IMG/VR virus record: IMGVR_UViG_3300044833_000114
Location: 1 to 64,000 of that record
DNA from: a virus
Reading direction: 5' to 3' (one strand)
DNA length: 64,000 bases
Positions 28,401 to 37,400 of the stretch are shown here, one piece after another. The position numbers and the translations under genes were made by a program. A model generated the notes under the pieces. That model made no database searches, was not told the origin of the DNA, and saw only the letters and a list, made by a program, of their open reading frames with translations. Positions within the stretch are counted from its first letter, which is position 1; every line of letters begins with the position of its first letter.

Positions 28401-28850
28401 CTCGCGAGAGACTCGACCTTCACAAACTTCCAAGACAACGGGAGCGCGTATTCGTCGTTCTTCGTGGCGGGGAACATCGTGCTGGCTCAAGCCGGACAGA
28501 TGGCTCAGCTGGATTTCATCGAAGCTGATTTCGTTCAGGTCGGGACACAAGCGACGGTCTCAGTGATGTTCGACGAACTGAGTCCAACGAACGGAGCATC
28601 GTTCGAGAAAATTTCGAATGAGTTTGTCTCTGACCCTCCGAAACTATTCGGACCTACCGGAATACCGAAGACGATGTGGATGAACAGATACTTTTTTGGA
28701 CAAACCACACCAGGTAACGGCGGAACACAAGAACCTATTCCCGCATGGTGCAAAAGCCTGCAGCTCAAAGTCGATTTCGGAAACACTGACACAATTCAAA
28801 ACGAACTGTTGGCGTTCACGATTTTCGGCGCCCTTTACCAGGAGAAATAA
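25482..28850 (+). CDS. Tail nozzle-like protein with carbohydrate-binding-like repeats
   Basis: IRRPG start, YHQGRLW..VFASG propeller-like motifs; repeated W..T.Y / SG...P.W / T.DG.V.W. Confidence 0.7.
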   Translation: MANILQANGAQPQKPTKFVSLFTSRFMSGLFTNRSLLRGPLSFIYSDYYHAGATDALCDGLNSEVSIRQTMIRRPGNPVWCSVQTTEAIDSFYSFHQSNGTISVIADGTAHVYVATPTSLTSIFTKSAAAGEATFQGIDTTLYIADGVDTVKYIPGTTNPQTGKPMWNWGGAAPTVAPTLAVTPTGTSGIAWVASTMWTTMGMLFDANGNIQQLTSVNASGTNTTQLGTTGNGAPAFVSGPGTTVTETSGTPIVWSNRGLIGSWSSGASYYNASTTPAGATLNLSCIIYDPITKACYMQINGGAGVVRTSGNTRPNFRAVVGWNQDGDGNCKWFYLGGIGVPGLWQPSHTYQLLGSVSNDDSNSGIVTPTTVSQAGIGTANGTPLFWWIATNTGTSGTSGSYIPTWATTPGFPTNDGTNMIWNCVCNGTWLANTNYFPWSSTATSFGAIKDPNGNIQICITANGPSAPTIPATWATTYGNTTLDGVGSGNSFVGVTWACVGSSLSWAPNTQWYLPTGGFVPPQASQAYGGATLSQAGINEYVINSGKSQTPGPPAWGALHTNTTDGTVTWYSASAFTAAGFSFTTGYGWCYAYKARKLSDSSVLTAPPLQIPGTNSPNITGPLGPPTGCGDGTVTSASPVAQIVGGNTGAQILITMVGSTDPQFDTISVYRSTDGFGAGGPYLFLTDIPMPPMRGALPGIAQIIDFMPDKATALLPGLDPLEEAPVDNVNDPPPGQFGSTQFVSSGANTPTIPLAGTAIQGQVYHQGRLWAFVGNTVFASGGPDTNPGNGFTAWPPINEFPFDSPIVRLLPTANSLIVFTTTDVYLIGGGPAIADYYSQLLVGGVGLLSYNAVTVMLGLPYLFTSDRQYITIDPSGGFTRIGHPIGDKLTQYNPTAVYTTYHSYGDLEHALFLTDGSSEWYRCDPNPTPDSQMTGPIWSPRATIAGGFKAVQSIVVSPGTTKLLIGPAGAGNILARDSTFTNFQDNGSAYSSFFVAGNIVLAQAGQMAQLDFIEADFVQVGTQATVSVMFDELSPTNGASFEKISNEFVSDPPKLFGPTGIPKTMWMNRYFFGQTTPGNGGTQEPIPAWCKSLQLKVDFGNTDTIQNELLAFTIFGALYQEK

Positions 28851-30482
28851 ATGCCGGGACTTGATGACGCAACGAAGAAGCCTAGCAACATCGGCGAGTT
28901 GATTCCGCCGGCTACTCCGACTGCGCAGAACGTCCCGCCTATCATTCCTCGCGAGCAGCCCGGGTTGTCTCCCACCTCACTCGGACCAGCCCCATCGCTG
29001 TGGACGACTGGGTATGACAGCGTTCGCCAGTGGGCTCGCCCGGGAACGTCACAAGGCCGCTTCCCTACTCTACCCACCAAATCGAACCCTCAGTTGAACG
29101 CGGCTGCGAGATCCGTCGCTACTCAAGTAGTGGCGAGCACTCCCAGTACGGGTGGACAACCAATCACATTAACTGCGCCTGCAGAGATTGTGGTGTCCGG
29201 ATCTCCGGGCTTTAACATTGCATTGGCGTGGGCGACCGAAGCTGGGGGCACTATATTTGCAGGACCTCCTGCCGGGGCTGTGGGATTTGATGCTGCGTTT
29301 ACTGGATTCGCTTCTGCATCGGGTGGTACGGGTGGAACGCTTACTGTAGTAGGAGGCCCTACATCTACCGCGAGTGAATGGGCATTGTACATCTCCGGGG
29401 CACAAGGCACTTCGTTTACCAGCAGTCCGTCAGGTTGGACAGCATTAGCGGGTAACGGTGCCACGGGCGCTGCGTTGATGAAAAATATCACAGGAGCAGT
29501 AAACGCAAGTCAGGCATTTAGCGGAACTGGAAACGCCGCAGGCGTGCTGTGCTATTTCGCGGGTTCTGTCCCAACGGTTGTTCAAGCTCCAAGTTCGGTC
29601 GGCAGCGGCGGTCTCCCAACTCTCAGTATTCCATTTTTATCAAACACTGTAGCTGGGAACGCCGCCATTGTGTGGGTCCACTCGCCTTTGATTTCGCCGA
29701 GTGGTGGTGGCCCCAATCCTCCGCAGCCTATGGCTTGCACAGACTCTCAAGGTAATGTGGGGATTTTGATTGGTTCAGCATTCAGTCCTTCTAGCCCTAC
29801 CTCCGGCACAGGTATGCAGGTTTCCGTATTCTTGATTCCTAATCTGAAAGGTGCTGCTGAGACGATAACAGTTATCGTTCCCGGTTTCCCCGCGAACACT
29901 CAAGTGGGGACTATGCAGATTTATGAAATCACCCCACCGCCACCTCTCGCTGCGAGACCGCGTTTTAGACCGGTAACAGTCTTGGATTTGCTAACCGGCA
30001 CGACGGGCAGTGGGTTAATTGCACTATCGTCAAGTCCGACAATCTCGAACCCCTTAATCGCAGGGACGATCACAAGTTACAACGGCACCGCCACCGTAGG
30101 GGCTGGAATCCCTAGCATAGTCGCGCAAGTCAACAACACTACAGCATCTGCAAACATTGGGACCACAACGCTGTTCTCACCTCAAGCAGCCGGACTCTAC
30201 CGAGTATCTTACTCAGTAATCGTAAAGACGGTAGGTGGAACATCAACGTTGCCGAATTTGACTTTTGTCTGGACCGATGCCGATAACGCTACATCGCAGT
30301 CCGCAAGTTTCGCCGCAGGCACACCTACAGCAAACACCCTCACGACTTTGTTTACCGGGACTCAAATTATGTCTGTTAGGTCTGGAACCCTTATTCAGTA
30401 CAAGACGGGCGATGTAACAGCATACGCGTCCACAGGTGCTGCGATGGTTTATTCAGTACGTATCAGACTTGAGGCTCTCTAA
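28851..30482 (+). CDS. Tail fibre/needle-like protein
   Basis: G/T/S-rich, follows the nozzle; C-terminal domain resembles that of 16564-18408. Confidence 0.65.
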   Translation: MPGLDDATKKPSNIGELIPPATPTAQNVPPIIPREQPGLSPTSLGPAPSLWTTGYDSVRQWARPGTSQGRFPTLPTKSNPQLNAAARSVATQVVASTPSTGGQPITLTAPAEIVVSGSPGFNIALAWATEAGGTIFAGPPAGAVGFDAAFTGFASASGGTGGTLTVVGGPTSTASEWALYISGAQGTSFTSSPSGWTALAGNGATGAALMKNITGAVNASQAFSGTGNAAGVLCYFAGSVPTVVQAPSSVGSGGLPTLSIPFLSNTVAGNAAIVWVHSPLISPSGGGPNPPQPMACTDSQGNVGILIGSAFSPSSPTSGTGMQVSVFLIPNLKGAAETITVIVPGFPANTQVGTMQIYEITPPPPLAARPRFRPVTVLDLLTGTTGSGLIALSSSPTISNPLIAGTITSYNGTATVGAGIPSIVAQVNNTTASANIGTTTLFSPQAAGLYRVSYSVIVKTVGGTSTLPNLTFVWTDADNATSQSASFAAGTPTANTLTTLFTGTQIMSVRSGTLIQYKTGDVTAYASTGAAMVYSVRIRLEAL

Positions 30483-30494
30483 AAGGATCGTAAC

Positions 30495-30857
30495 ATGGCA
30501 CCGTCAAAAACAAATCAATCGCTCCTCATGGAGCTAGTCTCTGGACAATCATCCCTCGTGACCGAAGTGAGGATGTTGAACACACGTCTGTTCGAACAGA
30601 ACGGAGTAATTCCGAATCTCTATCAGAAGCACGAAGAAGCAATGAAAGAGATTCAAAACGCGAAAGACAAAGTCACAGACGCCGTCAATGAGTTGAAGAA
30701 CACAGAACTAAAAGAGCACGACCAAAAGATCGGGGATCTGGAAAAGAAAACCTCTCTCGTGTTGTGGCGCACAGCTCTCATAACCAGCGTCGCCGGTTCG
30801 GGTGTGGGAATCGGAGTCACAATGTTATTCAAAAAGATTTTCAAGGTCTCAGTATGA
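30495..30857 (+). CDS. Coiled-coil protein with C-terminal TM helix
   Basis: RBS AAGGA; heptad pattern and hydrophobic tail. Confidence 0.7.
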   Translation: MAPSKTNQSLLMELVSGQSSLVTEVRMLNTRLFEQNGVIPNLYQKHEEAMKEIQNAKDKVTDAVNELKNTELKEHDQKIGDLEKKTSLVLWRTALITSVAGSGVGIGVTMLFKKIFKVSV

Positions 30858-31276
30858 ACATTGACTTTCGCGAACCCAACGAAGCAGATCTCCCCCATAT
30901 TTCCCGATGGATCACAGAGGACTCCTGCCCACAGCATCACGGAGTGGATCCAAAATTCTGGTTGCCCGAAGTAGACAAAGACGGCAACCGAACTGTTGGG
31001 ACCAAGAGCATCGCGGTCACTGAAGCCGGCAAACCGGTCTTCTACCTGAAGCTCGAGAACGTGATGCGCTGCTACATCCAGTTCCCTCCTGACGCAGAGC
31101 GGGACAAGCTGACTACTTCTATCGCGCTCAAGAAGGCGTTCCTGACCGTGGCCGCTGGCGCGAAAGCACTCGGATATCGCGAAATGATTTTTGAAACAAA
31201 GTCGGAAGGACTGGCCGGATTCTTTTCCAAGTTTAATTTCACCCCTGTCGAAAACAATTTTCTTGTGAGGATTTAG
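30854..31276 (+). CDS. GNAT-fold-like virion assembly protein (putative)
   Basis: FREPNEADLPHISRW..AKALGYREMIFET..FFSKFNF; position before ejection genes. Confidence 0.55.
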   Translation: MNIDFREPNEADLPHISRWITEDSCPQHHGVDPKFWLPEVDKDGNRTVGTKSIAVTEAGKPVFYLKLENVMRCYIQFPPDAERDKLTTSIALKKAFLTVAAGAKALGYREMIFETKSEGLAGFFSKFNFTPVENNFLVRI

Positions 31277-31939
31277 ATGAGTACCCTAATCGAATTCAAA
31301 TACGTTGGACCAACCTACACCAACTGCGATCCCTCGAACGCACAGAAGGGCGCGCTGTCTTCGGACCAGGGTTGGCAGTCCACACTGACCAACTCCTACA
31401 AGAGCGTCTTCGGTCTCGGCACCCAAATGTACCAGAAGCTGTCCGCCGGACTGGACAGCGTCATCTCTAAGGGCCGCGAAGCCATGGGGTACAGCCCTCA
31501 AGAATTGGCGCTGAAGAACTCTGAGGCAATCAATTCCGCAGCTGCGTCGGCGAAGTCTGTCAATCGCGCGATCGGAGCAAAGGCCGCGACGTCGAGCGCC
31601 ACACCTGGTGTTGAGTCCGGCGTAGTTCAGGCTGAACGCGCAGGCGCTGACACCTCGATCATGAACAATCTTTCGAACAAGGAAGCCGACATCACAGAGT
31701 CAGGGTTTCAGGTTCAACGCGAGGGTTTCGACAAAGCCGTCGCCGAGAAAGAGGGATCTCTGTCCGCTTCTTTCAGTCCGTCGACGTCGATGGACTCGGG
31801 CATCAATTCCGCAAACGCAGCTGTTTCGGAGCAAGCGAACGCCAACGAGCAGCAGAGTAGCTCGTGGATGGGTATGGTCGGCGGTCTCGCTGACTCTGCC
31901 GTCGGCGGACTGTCCCAAGGATTGGCGAAAAAGATTTAA
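31277..31939 (+). CDS. Internal virion/ejection protein (small)
   Basis: A/S/Q-rich helical, Gly-rich C-terminus; position. Confidence 0.65.
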   Translation: MSTLIEFKYVGPTYTNCDPSNAQKGALSSDQGWQSTLTNSYKSVFGLGTQMYQKLSAGLDSVISKGREAMGYSPQELALKNSEAINSAAASAKSVNRAIGAKAATSSATPGVESGVVQAERAGADTSIMNNLSNKEADITESGFQVQREGFDKAVAEKEGSLSASFSPSTSMDSGINSANAAVSEQANANEQQSSSWMGMVGGLADSAVGGLSQGLAKKI

Positions 31940-31956
31940 TTCAAAGGAGAAAGGTC

Positions 31957-32373
31957 ATGGCAAACACTAAGCGCATCGAAGCCCTAGCCGACGGAATAGC
32001 ATTCCTGAACAGAATGCACGACCCGGCATCGGACGCGTATCAACTACGCAATCCAGGGCTCGCAAGAGCCTACAGCTACCGGCATCTCGGAGAAGTAGAC
32101 AACAAGGGTCGGAGAATTTTCACCTCGCTCATCGGTGGTTACCGGTTCCTGATTCAGGACCTGGAGCGAAAATGTTCCGGACAGACTCGGGCTAACGGCT
32201 ACAACGGAAAGCTCCACAACAACGACAAGCTTCCCGATCTGTTGAAGACCTTCAAACTCGACAATATCGAGGACGGTCACATCTTCACACTGCTCGACTT
32301 TTTGGACAAGGCATTACCTGGGCAAGGCGTATCGTCCCAGACTCAACTCTCGTTTTTTCTTGAGGAAAACTAA
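31957..32373 (+). CDS. Lysozyme-like virion-associated protein (putative)
   Basis: LRNPGL...D.KGRRIFTS..GGY..L..DL resembles NNPGN-type phage muramidase-like proteins. Confidence 0.4.
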   Translation: MANTKRIEALADGIAFLNRMHDPASDAYQLRNPGLARAYSYRHLGEVDNKGRRIFTSLIGGYRFLIQDLERKCSGQTRANGYNGKLHNNDKLPDLLKTFKLDNIEDGHIFTLLDFLDKALPGQGVSSQTQLSFFLEEN

Positions 32374-32375
32374 TC

Positions 32376-34433
32376 ATGGGCGACGCACAACAGCAACAAG
32401 TAGATCCCGCTTTGTCGAATGTTTTGGAGAAAGCCAACGTTCCGCTCATCACTCCGCAAGAGGACCAGGAACAAGTCGCGCGCGCCGCGCAACCTGCCGC
32501 CCAGCCCGCAGCGGCTCCTGCTGCTGGCGGTGCACCTAGTGCTGCACCCGCTCCGGCTCCAGCTGCCCCGGGGGCTGCGCAGCCAGCTCAACCCGCGGCG
32601 GCAGGAAGCGCTCCGGCCCAAGACCAGAGTCGCCTCGGAAACATAGAGGATAAGGGCAAGCACGTCCTCGGAGACATCTTCCAAACTCTCGCCGGCGGCA
32701 AGAAAAAGGAATGGCAGCAAACGCCTAACGGGCCTGTCGCCACTTACCGCGACCTCAAACCTGGTGAGATGGCTCAAGGTATTTTGGCTGCGGCGATCAC
32801 CGGTCTGGCTTCCGGCTACGACCCGAAGAACCGCGGCAAGGGTCCGGCGATGTCGTCTGCGTTCAGTGCTGGCTTCAAAGGTGAGCAAGAGCAACGCGAC
32901 AAGCAGGCCGACCAGAAGGAACAAGAAGCTCAGAAACAATTCAGCAATCAGAACCTGTCCGACGAGATGGTTCTCAGAAAGCAGAGGGCTGCCACCGAGC
33001 AGCAAGAAGCGGTCCAGAGAATGTCCAAGGACGCCCAGGAAATCCAGCAGATTCAACAGAGGGCTGCAGAAGGAAAAACCCTTTTTGATGAAGGTCAGAA
33101 AGATCGCATCATCAACCAGGTCGGAGCCTTCGAATCCAAGAAGACGGCCGGATGGACTGAGATCCCTCACCCTGTTACGCCCGGAGAAAGTTTCGGGTTT
33201 GCTGACATGAAGGAAGCGCAGGAGTACGCCAACAAGTATGGCGCTCACCTGCTTAACCCCGGCGAGTTCAACACAGCTCCTGTCTACAATCCGGCGAGCG
33301 GCCTGTGGGTTCCGATGCAACAGCCCAAGGGCTACGACGAACTGAAGCAAGTTCGTTTCGCGAAGATGGAGAACGGGCAGCCCGTGAAGGATCCGAAAAA
33401 CCCCGGCAAGTATTTGTCGGATGGTTCGAAGGACGCTACCGGACGCGCGATGACTCCGGCCGAGATGACGAACAAGGACTACGAGAGCTGGTTGACCGGC
33501 GACTCGAAAATCAGAATGGACAAAGCCACAGCTACTGAAAAGTATGCCATGGCATCCGAGCTGATTGCCAAGCAACAGAAAGACAAGATGCTGGCGCAAG
33601 CTGATTCTCGATACGCCGACGCCGGCGGTGATCCGTTCGCTGTCAACATCAAAGACGGAACATGGACCATGACAGACGGAGATCGCAGCCGCTTGAGAAA
33701 CGCGGCCGTGAGCAATCTCGCAGGAATGGAGAAGGCTCGCGAAGCAGCGCAGAAGGAACTGGAGAACGCGAGTACGGCAGATGAAAAAGCCGCAGCAAGA
33801 GCGACCTTCGAGAAGGCTGACCAGGGTTGGAATTACTACAACACTCAGCTATCCACGTTGAACGGTCGCATCAGCAAGGCGGGTTCTTTGGCCAACTCCT
33901 ACATCAGGAACTTCTCTGATGAGAACGGGTACAGCGGAGATAAGGCCCTGGAGAAGTTTGACGAAGCTGTCAAGCGCGGGGACTACAAGACCTCGGGCAT
34001 GACGCCCGAAGAACTCACGCGGACTCGAGGGAATCTTCTCTCAGCTCAATCGAAGGCCGAGGCGGCTAAGAAAAATCCACTCCCCGCAGACCCGATGGCT
34101 CAGAAAGCGATCGCACTGTTCCAGAACACACCGAAGGAACAGATCGCCGGACACATCTCTGACGCGGTGACGAAGGGGACACTGACCGCAGACCAGGGTG
34201 ACCAGCTCTACAAATACTACCAACTCACTCCTCCACCCTCTAAGTCTCAAAGCAAGGCTCAGTCGTCGCTGGAAGGTATCGGCTCCAACTACAGCATGGT
34301 GCAAATGCCTGACGGCTCTCAGCAGAAAATCGGCAACGACCTGGTGTCTGAGTTCGTTTCAAAAAGAGGCGCCAAGCTAATTGGTCAGGGAACCGACGCA
34401 CGATCCAGCACGGAAGTTGAAAGAGAGAAGTAA
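32376..34433 (+). CDS. Internal virion/ejection protein (medium)
   Basis: 685 aa, Q/A/K-rich helical; position. Confidence 0.7.
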   Translation: MGDAQQQQVDPALSNVLEKANVPLITPQEDQEQVARAAQPAAQPAAAPAAGGAPSAAPAPAPAAPGAAQPAQPAAAGSAPAQDQSRLGNIEDKGKHVLGDIFQTLAGGKKKEWQQTPNGPVATYRDLKPGEMAQGILAAAITGLASGYDPKNRGKGPAMSSAFSAGFKGEQEQRDKQADQKEQEAQKQFSNQNLSDEMVLRKQRAATEQQEAVQRMSKDAQEIQQIQQRAAEGKTLFDEGQKDRIINQVGAFESKKTAGWTEIPHPVTPGESFGFADMKEAQEYANKYGAHLLNPGEFNTAPVYNPASGLWVPMQQPKGYDELKQVRFAKMENGQPVKDPKNPGKYLSDGSKDATGRAMTPAEMTNKDYESWLTGDSKIRMDKATATEKYAMASELIAKQQKDKMLAQADSRYADAGGDPFAVNIKDGTWTMTDGDRSRLRNAAVSNLAGMEKAREAAQKELENASTADEKAAARATFEKADQGWNYYNTQLSTLNGRISKAGSLANSYIRNFSDENGYSGDKALEKFDEAVKRGDYKTSGMTPEELTRTRGNLLSAQSKAEAAKKNPLPADPMAQKAIALFQNTPKEQIAGHISDAVTKGTLTADQGDQLYKYYQLTPPPSKSQSKAQSSLEGIGSNYSMVQMPDGSQQKIGNDLVSEFVSKRGAKLIGQGTDARSSTEVEREK

Positions 34434-34446
34434 AAGGACTCGATAA

Positions 34447-37400
34447 ATGTCTTCATCTAATCCTCTCGACGCTTTGACTCCTCAGAACCCGACCACCAAT
34501 CTAGGGGGTCAGCCCATGCCATCGGGCAACCCTCTAGATCAGTTATCGAAGGAGAATCAAACTCCTTCGCTGCCTGCACCGACTGCGATGTCGCAAACGG
34601 CGCCGGTGAACGGGAATCCTTTGGACCAGCTTCTGACCAAACCTCAGCCGGCGGAAACACCGGTAGCGGCTACCATTGCGCCCACCTCTCTTGCAACGAC
34701 AGGCGCAGTCGCAGGTAACCCGCTCGATAGTTTGAATCCGCTCGATCGGCTTTATCCGGCCGGAAGAGTGTTGACCAACAAAGAAGCTGCGTACGGAAAC
34801 AGCGATCCAGAAAAGATGGAGGACGAGCCCTGGTACAGCAAGGCGTGGGAGTGGATGGACTCTCCGCTTTACGATTTGCACAAATGGGGTACGCGCACAG
34901 GTGCGGGAACATTTGAGCGCGGACTCGAGACTGGGTTGGAGGATATCGGATCAGGATTCCTGAGTCCCCTCCAACTCGGTCTAACAATCGCCACGTTCGG
35001 CGGCAGCACCGTGGAAGCCGCGGGGATCGGAGCCCTGCGGTCTATCGGTGTTTCTGAAATCGCTGCGCCGATCGTGGCTCGCGGGGCGAAGGCCTTGATG
35101 ACCGCAGGTTTCAGCGCACAGATGATCGGCGGGATGCTGCAGCAGTCCCCGCAGCTCCTGGACGCGCTGAAAGACGGCGACACAGAGAACGCAACCAGGC
35201 TTGCGACCAACATCGCGGCGTCCGGACTATTCCTGACGCAAGGCTTGAAGCACGGCTATGAAGACGTCAACGCCGTCAAGAACTACGTCAAGGGGAAGAA
35301 CCTCACCACGACAGAGCGCTTGGCTCTGGTGACGGAACTCTCCGGCAATTACGACGCTGCGAAAAGCGCAGGCACGGACTACGCGCGCAGCCGGCAGGAA
35401 GACATCGTCGCGCAGCTGAAGGCTGCCGGGGCGTTCGGCAACGACACCACCGAAGCTGGCATGCGTCACTTCATTACTCAGGGCGGCGACCTCGAACGCA
35501 TCGCCAAGATGCGCGGCATCGCGGACGGCACCATCAAGCCTCGGCCTCTGACTGCGGAAGAATCGGCTCAGCAGGACCAGGCGGCTGAACTGCGAGACTG
35601 GGCCGGCAAGAGCCACGACATCACGAAGAGAAACGACGGATCTCTGCAGACCTTCTATCTCGACGACAGCGCGCCGGGTACACACAAGCTGGGCCAGACG
35701 TTGTCTGCGTCCGGAGACAAGGACGACGCTCACTACGTTCAGATGAAGAATCCTTTCTCTGTGCGGACGGAAGAGTCGTTGCAGAAATACATCGAGCAGG
35801 CTGGCGGCGAGGAAGCAGCGAAGAAGAAGTTAGCTGACGCCGGTTATGATGGCATCGTCTACAAGACGGCGGAAGACGAACCGAAACTCATCACCTTCGG
35901 GAACGATCAGTATCGCCCGGTGCCGGAGTTCAAAGCCGCGCACGATGCTGCGTGGAATCGCGAGCATGTGTACTACGCTGTCGACAAGAAGAATTTGGAG
36001 CATGTTCTAAATCAAGGTATCGGAAAGAATCCAAAGAAAGCAAACGTTGTGTACTCCGCTACTCCTGAGGAAGCTCTCAAGTCTGCGACACTACCAGACA
36101 GCGGAAAGAAGAGCGACCTCACCGTTCTATCAGTGCCACGTCAAGAAGTCGAAGCCGGCGCTCGCGAGACGAACGCCGCCATCCACGGAAAGCTTAAGCG
36201 CGGTGCGATCGGCCCTGTCGACGTCGCCGGGAAATCTCCTGTAGAGGGAGAGGTTGCTTACAGAGTGCGGGACGTCGGGGAGGAAGGAGTTCCTAGCGAG
36301 AGCCATTCTCAGGCCACGATGTCACTCTCCGAAGCCAAGGAAAGAATTTTCGACAGCCGAGGAAAAATCCAAGGCAAGCCTCAGGAGATCGTCGCCATTC
36401 CTTTGGGTGGATTAGAGTACGACAGGAAACCCGGCCCCAACGGAAACGACTGGGTCAAGTTCAAAAAGGATGTTCCGGAATCCAACGTAAAGCAGTTGTC
36501 AGATCTGGGACCTAAGCCTGTTGCGGATGACATGCTGATCACCGAGAAGCGGCACATGCCAGGTCACCTCCTGGAAATGGAGACCGACAAGGAAGGAAAC
36601 CCCAAAGCGACCGGCCGCTCTTTCCCGCTGCGCCCTCTCGGCGCCGAAGATATGCCAGGTGACAACTCTCGTTTCAACAACAGCTACACCGAAGAAGAGA
36701 AGCAGAAATATCTCGCCGGTCTCGACGCAGCGCAGAAGCTCACGCCTGAACAGCAGCAGATCGCCCAGACGATCCGGAAGATCTACGACAACTCTTTCCA
36801 GCGCGCATGGGAGAAGGGTATGGTCCGCGACTGGATCCAGTCCTATCACCCGCAAGCATGGGCCAGCGATCCCGGCGGGATGTGGAAGTGGTTGTTCAAC
36901 AAGGACACCGAGAAGGTCACCAACGGCGCCCTGAACGACCTCCGTCACCAGACCAACGACGGGAGCTTCGACACCAACATCAACTCCGCGCGCCACCGCG
37001 CATTCAACACGGAGTTCCAGGGCATCATGGCAGGCGAGAAGTTCAAGACCGACGACCTGTCGATGCACCTGTTCAATCACCTCAAGGCCGTCGAGCACGC
37101 CGCAGCTGCGCGAGACTACCTGAACAATCTCCGCAAGCAAGACACCAAGGCTACCGACGGCAGGCCGGCAGTAGTCCTGCAAGGCAAGGCGCGAGTAATC
37201 GGCGGAGAAGAGAATCCAGCTGTCGCTATCAGCCCCGCGTCTGCGCAGTCTATCCGCATCACTCCAGAGAAGATCGAGATGATGCGTGTACCGGATCCCA
37301 AGACTGGCGTGAGCCCTCTTGAAGACGGCTTGGAGAAAGGCATCATTCAGAAACTCCCGTGGACCTCTGCTGACGAAAAGGGCAACAACGTTCCGGCGTA

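Noticed and set aside
16564-30482. Diversity-generating retroelement acting on tail genes
   Set aside because: No reverse transcriptase and no adenine-variable TR/VR pair seen
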